Shown one piece after another: positions 1 to 9,539 of a stretch of 64,000 nucleotides of DNA. The notes beneath the pieces were generated by a model. The model was not told the DNA's origin, did not search any database, and saw nothing but the letters and a program-made list of their open reading frames with translations. Each line of letters opens with the position of its first letter. The stretch's first letter is position 1. The stretch is from the NCBI GenBank assembly GCA_948676835.1, contig CAPOZU010000001.1, forward strand, positions 193,250-257,249, given 5' to 3'. The DNA comes from an uncultured Clostridia bacterium (lineage in GTDB: Bacteria > Bacillota > Clostridia > TANB77 > CAG-508). A program made the translations under genes and the position numbers.

Positions 1-730
1 GGTCATCCAAGCCTCTTACTAATAAAAGCTCCATATCTTTATTTACATTGTGATACATCTCAGGTTTATGCATCATTACTACAAGATGAAATAAATCATT
101 GTATGCAGAACATGTAAAACCAATTCCACAATATGGATCATCTATATAAGATTTCACGCTTGCTTCATTATAACATATCCAATCATATTTAGTTTTAGGT
201 TTCTTTATTACATGATTAAATGTGTCTTTACTTACATTTAAAATAAATTTTGATTTATATTTTGGTCCATGTATAGCTGTCATTAAATTAGTAAAAAGAA
301 TTCCAGTATATGCCCCTTTTTGATAATTTGGATAACCTGAAAGTACAACTTTTTTATATGCTTTTGAATTTTCCTGAAGGAGTACTCTAGCTATAATTGA
401 TCCCATAGAATGTGCAAATAAATTAATATTTTGATTTGGAAAATACTTTCGTATAAAATCTGTTATAAATTTTTGGTCTTCAATTAATTCTAAGTATCCT
501 TCTTTTTCTTTAAAATATCCTAAGTCTTTACAAGATTTTCCATGTCCTCTCATATCTGAACTTACTACTGAAAATCCATTTTCGTTTAATACTCTTATGA
601 ATTTTTCATAACGTCCTTGATGTTCTTCCATTCCATGTATAACTTGTACAACAGCTTTTGCATTTGGCACTTCAAATATATGAAGTTCTAAATTATATCC
701 GTCTCTAGCTTTAATAAATTGTTTTTTCAA
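1..730 (-). CDS. alpha/beta hydrolase (lysophospholipase/monoacylglycerol-lipase-like), C-terminus runs off window
   Basis: Minus-strand ORF not in the supplied track because it is edge-truncated. Translation has a GHSMGS nucleophile-elbow motif (LFAHSMGS). TTG start at 728-730 is preceded by AGAGGTG RBS. Confidence 0.55.
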   Translation of the reverse strand, partial: MKKQFIKARDGYNLELHIFEVPNAKAVVQVIHGMEEHQGRYEKFIRVLNENGFSVVSSDMRGHGKSCKDLGYFKEKEGYLELIEDQKFITDFIRKYFPNQNINLFAHSMGSIIARVLLQENSKAYKKVVLSGYPNYQKGAYTGILFTNLMTAIHGPKYKSKFILNVSKDTFNHVIKKPKTKYDWICYNEASVKSYIDDPYCGIGFTCSAYNDLFHLVVMMHKPEMYHNVNKDMELLLVRGLDD

Positions 731-841
731 AATATACACCTCTATTTTTGAAAATTTCTAACAATATAATTATGCCTTTATTTTGGTAAATTAAACAAAA
801 ATAAGCCGAGAAGTTTCGACTTATTTTACTATTTATATAAT

Positions 842-1000
842 TTAATTATTACAACTAGAATCAAGAGCAGATATAGTGGCTAAAGTGTCTCCGAGCTGAG
901 AAAAAAATGTTGACAAAAGATTTATTTCATCTTCTGATTTTCCCTTAGCAATATTAGATGCTAAAATTGAAATAAAAATTACAAATTCACTTGACCCCAT
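842..1000 (-). CDS. small hypothetical protein (52 aa), below the ORF-track cutoff
   Basis: ATG at 998-1000 is preceded by a strong RBS AGAGGTGA at 6 nt. Translation MGSSEFVIFISILASNIAKGKSEDEINLLSTFFSQLGDTLATISALDSSCNN. It sits in an otherwise empty 350-bp gap. Confidence 0.35.
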   Translation of the reverse strand: MGSSEFVIFISILASNIAKGKSEDEINLLSTFFSQLGDTLATISALDSSCNN

Positions 1001-1087
1001 TATATCACCTCTATTAAAGTATATGTTTTGTAAGGTGTTTATGTGATTGGTTGATTATTTCGAATACACTTCTTTTAAAATCTAATA

Positions 1088-1645
1088 TTACATCAATTCT
1101 TTTCCATCACTAAATGCCTGACCAACTTTTTTAGTAACTTCATAATATCCATGAGTAAATGGATCATAAGCAATTGTATTCATTTTTGCAAAATCTGGAT
1201 TTCCATTTTCATCTAAATATCTTTCATCAATAGAAAGATTTACTATTTCACCTAGAACTCCATATTCACCATCAACTTCTACTGCTTTGCATTCCATACA
1301 AACTGGATAATTTTCTATTATCGGAGCATCTACATGTTCACTTTTTACAGCTTTCATTCCAGTTCTTTCAAATTTATCTTTCACATTATTTCCTGAGGCA
1401 ATACCAAAATAATCTGATTCTTTTAATGTTTCAGTAGTTGCTAAAGATACTGTAAAACATCCTGTTCTTCTAATATTTTGTGTTGTTTTATGTCCTTCAC
1501 TAATATTTAATTTTATTTGTGTAAAATCATAAGCCATTCCCCATGCAGCATTCATAACATCAACACTTCCATCTTCATTATATGTTGCTATCATTAAAAC
1601 TGGCATTGGAAATACTGCTGGTATTATTTTTAAATCTCTTCTCAT
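1088..1645 (-). CDS. flavin reductase family protein (FMN-binding split barrel)
   Basis: 185 aa. The N-terminal PAVFPMPVLMIATYNEDGSVDVMNAAW pattern is typical of flavin reductase-like domains. Confidence 0.65.
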   Translation of the reverse strand: MRRDLKIIPAVFPMPVLMIATYNEDGSVDVMNAAWGMAYDFTQIKLNISEGHKTTQNIRRTGCFTVSLATTETLKESDYFGIASGNNVKDKFERTGMKAVKSEHVDAPIIENYPVCMECKAVEVDGEYGVLGEIVNLSIDERYLDENGNPDFAKMNTIAYDPFTHGYYEVTKKVGQAFSDGKELM

Positions 1646-1680
1646 TTAAAATTCCTCCTTTAACCTATATTATATATAAA

Positions 1681-2364
1681 TTATTTTATATTATCTATCC
1701 AAGCATTTATTTCTTCATCTGTAGCATCAGATTGGAAACGGTGTCCATTTTCCCAATTTCCACTATTGGCTTCTCTTTCAAGAATTTTTCCACTTTGTCC
1801 TAATCCTGATGAACTTGAAGTGCAAAATGGAATTACTCTTTTTCCATTAAAATCATTTGCTTTTACAAATGTATTTACTGGCCATGCCGCATTTCCCCAC
1901 CAAATTGGATATCCAATTAATATTGTATCATATTCTTCCCAATTATCTACTGTATCTTTTTCTAATTTTATATTTCTTAAAGATTCATCATCATGCTCTT
2001 TAAAAACTCTTGCATTTTCATCTGTATAATCTAAATCATCTGATGTATATTTATCTTCTGGTATAATTTCAAAAATGTCTGCATCTAATTTATCTGCAAT
2101 TTTTTCTGCAACAGCTTTTGTATGATTTTGAGCTGAAAAATATACCACTAACGTTTTACTTTGATTATTTGAGTTTTCTGTGTTTTCATTTTTCATTACT
2201 GATGTATTTTCTTTTTCGATATTTATATTATCATTTAATGATAATGCATTTTGATTTAAATTATCTGATTTTTTCTCTTTATTTGAATTTAGCATAAAAT
2301 ATGCCCCTGCTCCCATAGCAATAATTATTATTGCTATAACAATTCCAATTACTACTTTTTTCAT
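1681..2364 (-). CDS. flavodoxin-family protein with N-terminal membrane anchor and low-complexity linker
   Basis: N-terminal TM helix, N/S-rich linker, then LVVYFSAQNHTKAVAEKIADKLDADIFEI, a flavodoxin-like fold signature. Confidence 0.6.
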   Translation of the reverse strand: MKKVVIGIVIAIIIIAMGAGAYFMLNSNKEKKSDNLNQNALSLNDNINIEKENTSVMKNENTENSNNQSKTLVVYFSAQNHTKAVAEKIADKLDADIFEIIPEDKYTSDDLDYTDENARVFKEHDDESLRNIKLEKDTVDNWEEYDTILIGYPIWWGNAAWPVNTFVKANDFNGKRVIPFCTSSSSGLGQSGKILEREANSGNWENGHRFQSDATDEEINAWIDNIK

Positions 2365-2374
2365 ATTAACTCCT

Positions 2375-2779
2375 TTAGTTTATCATTTCATCATAAATTT
2401 TATTAATATCTTTCTCGTCCTTATACTTATTTTCCATTGGACACATTCCTGTTTTGCTGTTATTAATAACATATTCTGTTAAAGTTTTATATTCATATTT
2501 TATATTATTTTCTTCTAAAACTGGAATAGCATACTTACTCATAACATCTGCATAAATTTGTTTAACTCCTGCAACTGTTAAAATTGAACCTGCCACTTTT
2601 CCAATTACTTTATCAGCTATAATAGCATCTTTTAATGCCTCTTTATTTTCTTTTAAAATATCTCTTATATCATTAATTCTATTTTGATAATATTCTCTGC
2701 ATTCTCCGTTTGAATATAGAACTACCAAACTTGCATTTTTTTCATACAATTTTTCTTTTACAATTTCTAAATTAGTCAT
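2375..2779 (-). CDS. DUF1893 (TM1506-like) family protein
   Basis: 134 aa with overall pattern similar to the TM1506 family. Overlaps the upstream ECF S gene by 8 nt, indicating translational coupling. Confidence 0.4.
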   Translation of the reverse strand: MTNLEIVKEKLYEKNASLVVLYSNGECREYYQNRINDIRDILKENKEALKDAIIADKVIGKVAGSILTVAGVKQIYADVMSKYAIPVLEENNIKYEYKTLTEYVINNSKTGMCPMENKYKDEKDINKIYDEMIN

Positions 2780-3338
2780 TTTTTAAGTTCATTCCTTTAT
2801 TCATTATTTTAGCTAAAACTGGAACAAATAGTAATTGTAAAATAATTCCTGGTATTCCCATACTTACACTTTCCATAACTGAAATTCCATAACTTGATAA
2901 TCCTAAAATATTAACTGCTGAGAATAAAACTCCTGCATATAAAATTCTTCCTAAAACTACAGTCATAACTAATGATACATAAGAATTGAATTTTTTGTTA
3001 AAAACACTTAGTAAAATTCCATATATCATAAGTTCGATTAACATATATGGAAGTCTTGCTAAACTTGGCATTCCTGTTAATAAAAAACTAAATAAAATTG
3101 AACTTCCAGCAACAACTGTACTACTAACAGCTCCAAATGTTAATGCTGCAATTAAAACACAAATATGCATTGGTAAAAATGTGGCACCAGCTGTGCTACC
3201 TGCTAAAACATGAAATATTCTAGGAATAGCAACTCCTAATCCACTTAGAGCAGCTGTTCCAACAGCATATTTAACCTTTCTATTTGATAAAATCTCTACT
3301 AGACGATTAGTTTTTTTCATATTTTCTACTTTTTCCAT
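2772..3338 (-). CDS. ECF-type transporter S component (substrate-capture membrane protein)
   Basis: 188 aa with about 5-6 hydrophobic helices. Size and topology fit an ECF S component. Vitamin or cofactor specificity unknown. Confidence 0.45.
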   Translation of the reverse strand: MEKVENMKKTNRLVEILSNRKVKYAVGTAALSGLGVAIPRIFHVLAGSTAGATFLPMHICVLIAALTFGAVSSTVVAGSSILFSFLLTGMPSLARLPYMLIELMIYGILLSVFNKKFNSYVSLVMTVVLGRILYAGVLFSAVNILGLSSYGISVMESVSMGIPGIILQLLFVPVLAKIMNKGMNLKND

Positions 3339-3360
3339 AATTATAAATTACCTCCTAAAA

Positions 3361-4497
3361 TTATTTTAATAAATCTACAAAATTAGACATTGCTTCTGAT
3401 ATTTTTAATTGTTGTGGGCAAACAGCCTCACAAGATTTGCATCCTATACAAGCACTTGGCTTTTTATCATCTGGTAATGCACTTATAGCCATTGGAGCTA
3501 TAAATCCTCCACCAGTAAATACATGTTCATTATATAATGCTAAAATCTTTGGAATATCAATTCCTTTTGGACAATGTGCTGTACAATATCTGCAAGAAGT
3601 ACATGGAAGTGTTTTGCTGTTTACCATTTCTCTTGCCATTTCTATTAATTCATTCATTTCATCATTACTTAATTTTTTATCTTCTTCAAATGTTTTAATA
3701 TTCTGCTCTAATTGCTCCATATTTGACATTCCTGAAAGTACCATGGTAACTTCTGGTATAGATTGTAAAAATCTAAATGCCCAAGCTGGTACTGTTTCAT
3801 CTGGTCTTAGATCTTTAAGTTTTGCTTCGTTTTCTTCTGAAAGTTTTGCAAGTTTTCCGCCTCTTAATGGCTCCATAACCCAAACAGGTATATTAAGTTC
3901 TTTTAATAATTTTAGTTTAGCTTTTGCATCTTGGAATTCATAATCTAAATAGTTTAATTGTACTTGGCAAAATTCCATATGCTCTCCATATCTACTATCT
4001 AAGAATTTTTTCATAACGTCAAAACTTCCATGTACTGAAAATCCTAAATGTTTAATTCTTCCATTTTCTTTTTGTTTTAATAAGTAATCTAATATTCCAT
4101 ATTTTTCATCTAAGTATGGATCAACATTTCTTTCATAAACATTATGAATTAAGTAAAAATCAAAATATTCCATTCCTGTTTTTTCTAATTGTTTTTCAAA
4201 AATTTCTTCAACTTTATCCATATTAGATACATCATATCCAGGAAATTTAGTTGCTAAATAAAAACTTTCTCTTGGATATTTTTGTAAAACTTTACCTATT
4301 ACAAGTTCTGATTCTCCATTATGATATCCCCAAGCAGTATCAAAATAGTTTATGCCTTTGTTTATTGCATATTCTACCATTTTGGCTGTTTCTTCTTCAT
4401 CAATTGGTGTATCCCCATTTACTCCTTTGTTAGGTAATCTCATTGTTCCTAAGCCTAAGCTTGATAATTTTAATCCTTTAAAATCTTTGTAAAGCAT
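3361..4497 (-). CDS. aldo/keto reductase fused to a C-terminal 2x[4Fe-4S] ferredoxin domain
   Basis: AKR N-terminus (LGLGTMRLP, GINYFDTAWGY). C-terminal CTSCRYCTAHCP and CIGCKSCEAVCP cysteine clusters. Confidence 0.75.
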   Translation of the reverse strand: MLYKDFKGLKLSSLGLGTMRLPNKGVNGDTPIDEEETAKMVEYAINKGINYFDTAWGYHNGESELVIGKVLQKYPRESFYLATKFPGYDVSNMDKVEEIFEKQLEKTGMEYFDFYLIHNVYERNVDPYLDEKYGILDYLLKQKENGRIKHLGFSVHGSFDVMKKFLDSRYGEHMEFCQVQLNYLDYEFQDAKAKLKLLKELNIPVWVMEPLRGGKLAKLSEENEAKLKDLRPDETVPAWAFRFLQSIPEVTMVLSGMSNMEQLEQNIKTFEEDKKLSNDEMNELIEMAREMVNSKTLPCTSCRYCTAHCPKGIDIPKILALYNEHVFTGGGFIAPMAISALPDDKKPSACIGCKSCEAVCPQQLKISEAMSNFVDLLK

Positions 4498-4530
4498 TGC
4501 TTTTCCTCCTTTTAATTTTATTATAATTTA

Positions 4531-4875
4531 CTATATTCCACCATGTGTTCCTTCATTGTTATCATCTGCATACACTTCATTTATTAATGAAAATGCACTC
4601 CATGCTTTAGGCCATCCAGAATAAAATGCAAGTTGTGTTACAATTTCGACTGCCTCTTCTTTTGTTATACCATGTTTTTTCCCCATAATAAAATGAGATT
4701 TTAATTGTGGAAATAACCCTTGTGCCATTAAAGCAGATATTGTAATCATACTTCTATCTCTTAAAGATAATTTATCTTCTCTTGACCATACTTCTCCAAA
4801 TAATACATCATCATTTAATTCTGCAAATTTAGGTGCTAATTCTCCTAAATTCTCTCTTCCCGCTGTTTGTTTCAT
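4531..4875 (-). CDS. carboxymuconolactone decarboxylase (AhpD-like) family protein
   Basis: 114 aa with CMD-family pattern. Confidence 0.6.
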   Translation of the reverse strand: MKQTAGRENLGELAPKFAELNDDVLFGEVWSREDKLSLRDRSMITISALMAQGLFPQLKSHFIMGKKHGITKEEAVEIVTQLAFYSGWPKAWSAFSLINEVYADDNNEGTHGGI

Positions 4876-4914
4876 TATTTTATCCTCCTTAAAAATTTTA
4901 AAATATTTTTTCTA

Positions 4915-5310
4915 CTAAAGTGTTTCTGTAAAATCTTTCTTTTTTCCAGAAACAATATCATTATATAGTTCAATTTTATAATCCAATCTTTCTAATGAAA
5001 CAGTAATATTTTTTTGTTTTTCTAATAACTTTTCTCTCTGCTCCTCTAATATTTCTTTTCTTCTTTTAGCAGTACTTTTTCCTTTTTCAAATAATTGCAT
5101 ATATTCCAATAAGGCTTCAATTTCAACTCCTGCATCTCTCATACATTTTACAAATTCGATTCTTCTGCAAGAATTTTCATCGTAATTTCTTATACCACTC
5201 TTGTTTCTTGGAACATTAGAAAGTATACCAATTTTTTCGTAGTATCTTAAAGTATCTTGTGTTAGATTATATTTTTTACTTACTTCTGAAATAGTCATAT
5301 TTTCCTCCAT
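4915..5310 (-). CDS. MerR family transcriptional regulator
   Basis: N-terminal HTH MTISEVSKKYNLTQDTLRYYEKIGIL and C-terminal coiled coil. First gene of the redox operon on the minus strand. Confidence 0.75.
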   Translation of the reverse strand: MEENMTISEVSKKYNLTQDTLRYYEKIGILSNVPRNKSGIRNYDENSCRRIEFVKCMRDAGVEIEALLEYMQLFEKGKSTAKRRKEILEEQREKLLEKQKNITVSLERLDYKIELYNDIVSGKKKDFTETL

Positions 5311-5390
5311 TTTTTAGATATTACGCCTCCATTTGTTCTTATAGTATCACTTAGAGTTAGCTCCAAGTCAATAGTTTTTTTATAAAAAAA

Positions 5391-5419
5391 TGAAATTTTT
5401 GGAGCGTCCCTAAATTTCA
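5391..5419. repeat. 29-bp palindrome copy A (TGAAATTT..GTCCCTAAATTTCA family)
   Basis: tgaaatttttggagcGTCCCTAAATTTCA. One of 6 copies in the window. Confidence 0.85.
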
Positions 5420-5422
5420 CAA

Positions 5423-5457
5423 AAAATGAGTCCAAATTTTAAGTTTGAACTCATTTT
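5423..5457 (-). terminator. hairpin terminator after the BceB-like permease
   Basis: AAAATGAGT/ACTCATTTT 9-bp stem. T-run on the minus strand. Confidence 0.6.
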
Positions 5458-5465
5458 ACTTTAAC

Positions 5466-5494
5466 TGAAATTTTTCACCTGTCCCTAAATTTCA
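5466..5494. repeat. 29-bp palindrome copy B
   Basis: tgaaatttttcacctGTCCCTAAATTTCA. Its terminal TCA is the reverse-complement TGA stop of the permease gene. Confidence 0.85.
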
Positions 5495-7876
5495 GTTTTC
5501 TCTTAATCTATCAACAATAGATTCTTTATTAAATATTTTTATACAACATATTGCAATAATAGATGGTACAAGAATTGAAATTACAAAATATAGAGCTAAT
5601 GCTAAAATAGGTAATTTAAATTCCATATAATACATGCCAAACTCTTCGAATATTTTTATCGCAAGATATGCAAAGCTTGGTCCTATAATACTACTTGCTA
5701 AGCAGTTTGGTACTGCAAGCCATATATTTTCAAAAATAATCATTTTATTTACTTGCTTTTTTGTCATTCCCATTGATTGTAATATAGCAATTTCTTTTCT
5801 ACGTGTAACCATACTTGTAATAACTGTATTTATTAAATTAATTATACTAAATATAATTATAAAAATTGAAATTCCTATAAGTCCATTTTTAAAACTGTTT
5901 GCTGTTTGCTCAGCTTGTTCATGCCACTCAGAATATGTCATACATGATATATCTTCATATTTTTTGACAATATTTTTAACTTTATTATCTATATCTTCAT
6001 TATAAATATGATTTTTAGTAGCAACTTCTAAATATCCTGTACTATCAACTCCTTCTGAAATTTGATCATATACATTTTGTGGCACTAATATCCAGCCCAT
6101 TGCTCTTGCATATTTAGAAAATCCTGAATCTCCAATTCCACCAATAGTTAGTTCTATTTGTTTTTCTCCAGCATTAAAATAATGAAATGTTACTTTATCA
6201 CCAACTTTAGGAGTATAACCATACACTTCTTCAAAAACATCACTATAACTTAAATATATTTCTCCATTTTCTGTTAATTCATTTATGTCACCTGTTCCGC
6301 TTTTTAAAGATTTCTTCATTGCTTCTTGCAAGTTTTCATTCATTGATTCAATTTCTTCATTAATAACATCTTTTTTAGTATCTATTTTTAAAAAGTAAGT
6401 TTTTCTAGCATTTATATAATCTACTTCTTCTAAATTTTCTAACTCATCTTTTACTTTTGTAAGATTATTTCCATTACTTATTAAATTATACAATCCATTT
6501 TGACTTTCTTCCATAGATTCTTTTGAAAAATTCAAATAATATTCACAATTTCTAAAATAACCATTTCTCGCATATTTTTCAGTATTTATTGAACCTGTAA
6601 AAGTTAATGCTCCAATAAATAATGCTCCACCTATAATTAAAGATATAAGTGTAATATTAGTCTTTTTTCTGTTTTTGTAAAATTCAATTTTTCCTAAAGA
6701 ATTTGGAGTTAAATTTCTACATAATTTATTTGAAGCCTTAACAATTTCGTCATTTCCTGTATATCTTAAGCCTTCTATTGGTGATACATTACTTGCTCTT
6801 TTGGCAGGTTTTGTTACAGATATAAAAACTGATATTGTTCCTAAAACACCTGATACAACCGCTAATTTTAGAACATTTAAAATATTCCATCCATTTGAAC
6901 TTATAACATATGAAATTATACTACCAATTACAATCCCTAACGGTATTGCTATTTTACAATATTCAAGTCCTTCAATTTTAATAAGTTTTCTAATTTGCTT
7001 TTTAGACATTCCAATAGTTCTCAATTGTGCATACTCTTTAACTTTAGATGATACTGATAAATAAAATATACTGTAAATTACAATTCCACCTATTATAAGA
7101 ACTACAATACTTAATCCTACAAACATTTGAAGTTCTGACATATTTATAGAAAAAGTATCAACAAATTTATTATTTGGATTTACATTTTTTCTTTCAATAC
7201 CATTAGTTTTTCCAAGCTCATAAAAGAAATCTTTAATATATGTTGTACTTGGTATTCTCATATTTGGAGATACTTTTATTAAAGCATCAAGTGTACTGTT
7301 TTTAAATACTATTCCTGATTCTGAATATTCTTTTGAAAATAATGTAGGATAATATATAGATTTTCCATAATCAATAAAACCAGATATAATAAACTTTTCT
7401 CCTAATATCTCAATAGTCTCTCCTATATTTTCTTCTATTCCCAATTCTTTTGCTACTAATACATCTATAACAACTTCATTTGGTTTTGTAGGAAAATTTC
7501 CTTTTGAAAGTTTCTGAGTGTTTATTTCCTGAACTTTATAATCATAATATATTGGTTTAATTTTTATATTCCCAATTTCTTTTTCAAAACCACTTCTATA
7601 TTCCATCACACAGCTTACATTTTCATTAGATTTTAATCCATCTATTTGCTCTTTACTTACATCATAATAAGCACAATCTTGCATTCCTTTTACAATTTCA
7701 CGTTCATATGTTTTGTAATTTAATGATGCAAGTCCAAGTACCATAATAAAGCAGATTGCTAAACTTATAGTTACTGTCATAAAAATATTTTTTATTTTAG
7801 ATTCTTTTAGTGAAGCTTTTGCAATATTATGAATTACTTTGTTATTATTATTTTTTAATAAATTCATTTTCCCCAC
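5492..7876 (-). CDS. BceB-type ABC transporter permease (FtsX domains, large extracellular loop)
   Basis: 794 aa with multi-TM FtsX-like architecture. Follows the ATPase gene with a 5-nt gap. Confidence 0.7.
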   Translation of the reverse strand: MGKMNLLKNNNNKVIHNIAKASLKESKIKNIFMTVTISLAICFIMVLGLASLNYKTYEREIVKGMQDCAYYDVSKEQIDGLKSNENVSCVMEYRSGFEKEIGNIKIKPIYYDYKVQEINTQKLSKGNFPTKPNEVVIDVLVAKELGIEENIGETIEILGEKFIISGFIDYGKSIYYPTLFSKEYSESGIVFKNSTLDALIKVSPNMRIPSTTYIKDFFYELGKTNGIERKNVNPNNKFVDTFSINMSELQMFVGLSIVVLIIGGIVIYSIFYLSVSSKVKEYAQLRTIGMSKKQIRKLIKIEGLEYCKIAIPLGIVIGSIISYVISSNGWNILNVLKLAVVSGVLGTISVFISVTKPAKRASNVSPIEGLRYTGNDEIVKASNKLCRNLTPNSLGKIEFYKNRKKTNITLISLIIGGALFIGALTFTGSINTEKYARNGYFRNCEYYLNFSKESMEESQNGLYNLISNGNNLTKVKDELENLEEVDYINARKTYFLKIDTKKDVINEEIESMNENLQEAMKKSLKSGTGDINELTENGEIYLSYSDVFEEVYGYTPKVGDKVTFHYFNAGEKQIELTIGGIGDSGFSKYARAMGWILVPQNVYDQISEGVDSTGYLEVATKNHIYNEDIDNKVKNIVKKYEDISCMTYSEWHEQAEQTANSFKNGLIGISIFIIIFSIINLINTVITSMVTRRKEIAILQSMGMTKKQVNKMIIFENIWLAVPNCLASSIIGPSFAYLAIKIFEEFGMYYMEFKLPILALALYFVISILVPSIIAICCIKIFNKESIVDRLREN

Positions 7877-7881
7877 TCCTT

Positions 7882-8553
7882 CTAAAAAATCTTTCCATCT
7901 TCAATTCTTATAATTCTATCTGCCATTTGAGCAATTTCTTCATTATGGGTAATCATAACTATTGTTTGATTAAAAGCTTTACTAGTATTTTTTAAAAGCC
8001 CTATTACTTCTAATGATGTTTTTGTATCAAGATTTCCAGTTGGCTCATCTGCTAAAATTATAGATGGTTTAGTTGAAATTGCTCTTGCTATTGCAACTCT
8101 TTGTTGTTGACCACCAGATAATTTATTAGGCATTGTTTTAACTTTTGAAGTTATTCCTAACAAATTAATAATTTCATTTATAAAATCTTTATCTATTTTA
8201 TTTCCATCTAATTGAATTGGAAGTACAATATTTTCATAAACATTTAACATTGGGACTAAATTATAATTTTGAAATATAAATCCTATTTGTCTTCTTCTAA
8301 ATATTGTTAATTCTTCATCTGACATTTTTGAAATTTCATTTCCATCTATTTCAATTTTTCCATAACTTGGATTATCTAAACCACCAATCATATTAAGTAA
8401 TGTTGATTTACCACTTCCTGAAGTTCCTACTACTGCTACAAATTCTCCTCTATTTATTTCTAAAGAAACTCCGTCTAGTGCTTTTACTAAAGCTTCATCA
8501 CTACCATAATACTTTTTTAAATCTTTTACTTTTAAAATACTTTCCATTTTCAT
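7882..8553 (-). CDS. ABC transporter ATP-binding protein (BceA/MacB-type)
   Basis: GTSGSGKST Walker A, LSGGQQQRVAIARA signature, ILADEPTGNLD Walker B. Start refined to the ATG after AGAGAGG RBS; the ORF track gives 8583. Confidence 0.8.
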   Translation of the reverse strand: MKMESILKVKDLKKYYGSDEALVKALDGVSLEINRGEFVAVVGTSGSGKSTLLNMIGGLDNPSYGKIEIDGNEISKMSDEELTIFRRRQIGFIFQNYNLVPMLNVYENIVLPIQLDGNKIDKDFINEIINLLGITSKVKTMPNKLSGGQQQRVAIARAISTKPSIILADEPTGNLDTKTSLEVIGLLKNTSKAFNQTIVMITHNEEIAQMADRIIRIEDGKIF

Positions 8554-8617
8554 TACCTCTCTTCCATGGTTTAATAATATCATACTAATATATCAAAAAA
8601 GTTTCAGTTCAAAAAAA

Positions 8618-8641
8618 GATTGTTTCAAAACTGAAACAATC
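8618..8641 (-). terminator. hairpin between histidine kinase and ABC ATPase (terminator/attenuator ahead of the transporter promoter)
   Basis: GATTGTTTCA aaa CTGAAACAATC perfect stem followed by a T-run on the minus strand. Confidence 0.5.
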
Positions 8642-8643
8642 TT

Positions 8644-9537
8644 TTAAAGTGGCAAAAATATTGAAAATGTGCTACCTTCATTTACTTTTGATTTTACTTT
8701 TATATATCCATTTTGGTTTTCAATAATCTTTTTGCTCAAATACAATCCAATTCCCACACCTTGAATATCCTTAACTTTTCTTTCTCTAAAAAATCTTTTA
8801 AAAATATTAGTTATATTTTCTTCATCAATACCCATTCCATTATCTATAATATCTATTTTTAAAAATGTTTCTAGTTTCTCTAAATTAATAATAATCTTTC
8901 CATTTGGATTTGTGTATTTTATTGCATTTTCAAGCAGATTGCAAATTGCTTCTAATGTCCATTTCTTATCATATTCTAATATGCAATTTTCCCCGATTAT
9001 CTTAATTTCTATATTCTTATTTTCTGCTAATATTTCAACTTGTTCTTTTGCTTGATTTATGCATTCCATAATTTTTGCGCTTTGTTTATTTAAAACAATC
9101 ATGTTAGTTTCAAGTCTTGACATTTTAGTTAAAGAATCCATTAGAAATTCTAGTTTATCTACTTGATTTGATATTATATTCAAAAACTCTTTTTCTTTAT
9201 CTTTTGGTAAATCGTTATTAATAATTGTATCGCTGTACATTCTAATATTTGAAATTGGAGTTTTTACTTGATGAGTAATATCAGACACCATTTGTTCTAC
9301 TTCAGCTTTTGCTCTATTTGATTTTTCTGTTTTTCCTTCAACTACTTCACTTAATTTATATAATTTTGAATCTATTTTTGAATCTAAAGTTTCTTTATTA
9401 ATATTATCTTTTTCATATCTCCCATTTATAAAATTATCAATGATATTTAGAATTTTATTTGTGAATTTTAAATATTTATATCTAAAAAATAAATACATTA
9501 ATATTATAGAAACGATTAATATAATTATTTGTAACAT
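8644..9537 (-). CDS. sensor histidine kinase, intramembrane-sensing BceS-like (no extracytoplasmic domain)
   Basis: N-terminal TM only. H-box ITHQVKTPISN, then a HATPase_c region with GxG motifs. Confidence 0.75.
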   Translation of the reverse strand: MLQIIILIVSIILMYLFFRYKYLKFTNKILNIIDNFINGRYEKDNINKETLDSKIDSKLYKLSEVVEGKTEKSNRAKAEVEQMVSDITHQVKTPISNIRMYSDTIINNDLPKDKEKEFLNIISNQVDKLEFLMDSLTKMSRLETNMIVLNKQSAKIMECINQAKEQVEILAENKNIEIKIIGENCILEYDKKWTLEAICNLLENAIKYTNPNGKIIINLEKLETFLKIDIIDNGMGIDEENITNIFKRFFRERKVKDIQGVGIGLYLSKKIIENQNGYIKVKSKVNEGSTFSIFLPL

Positions 9538-9539
9538 TT

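Noticed and set aside
1582-4433. Several plus-strand ORFs (1582-1803, 1766-2029, 2986-3213, 3437-3943, 4251-4433) overlapping minus-strand genes
   Set aside because: They are antisense shadows of well-supported minus-strand genes. Translations are hydrophobic and low-complexity.
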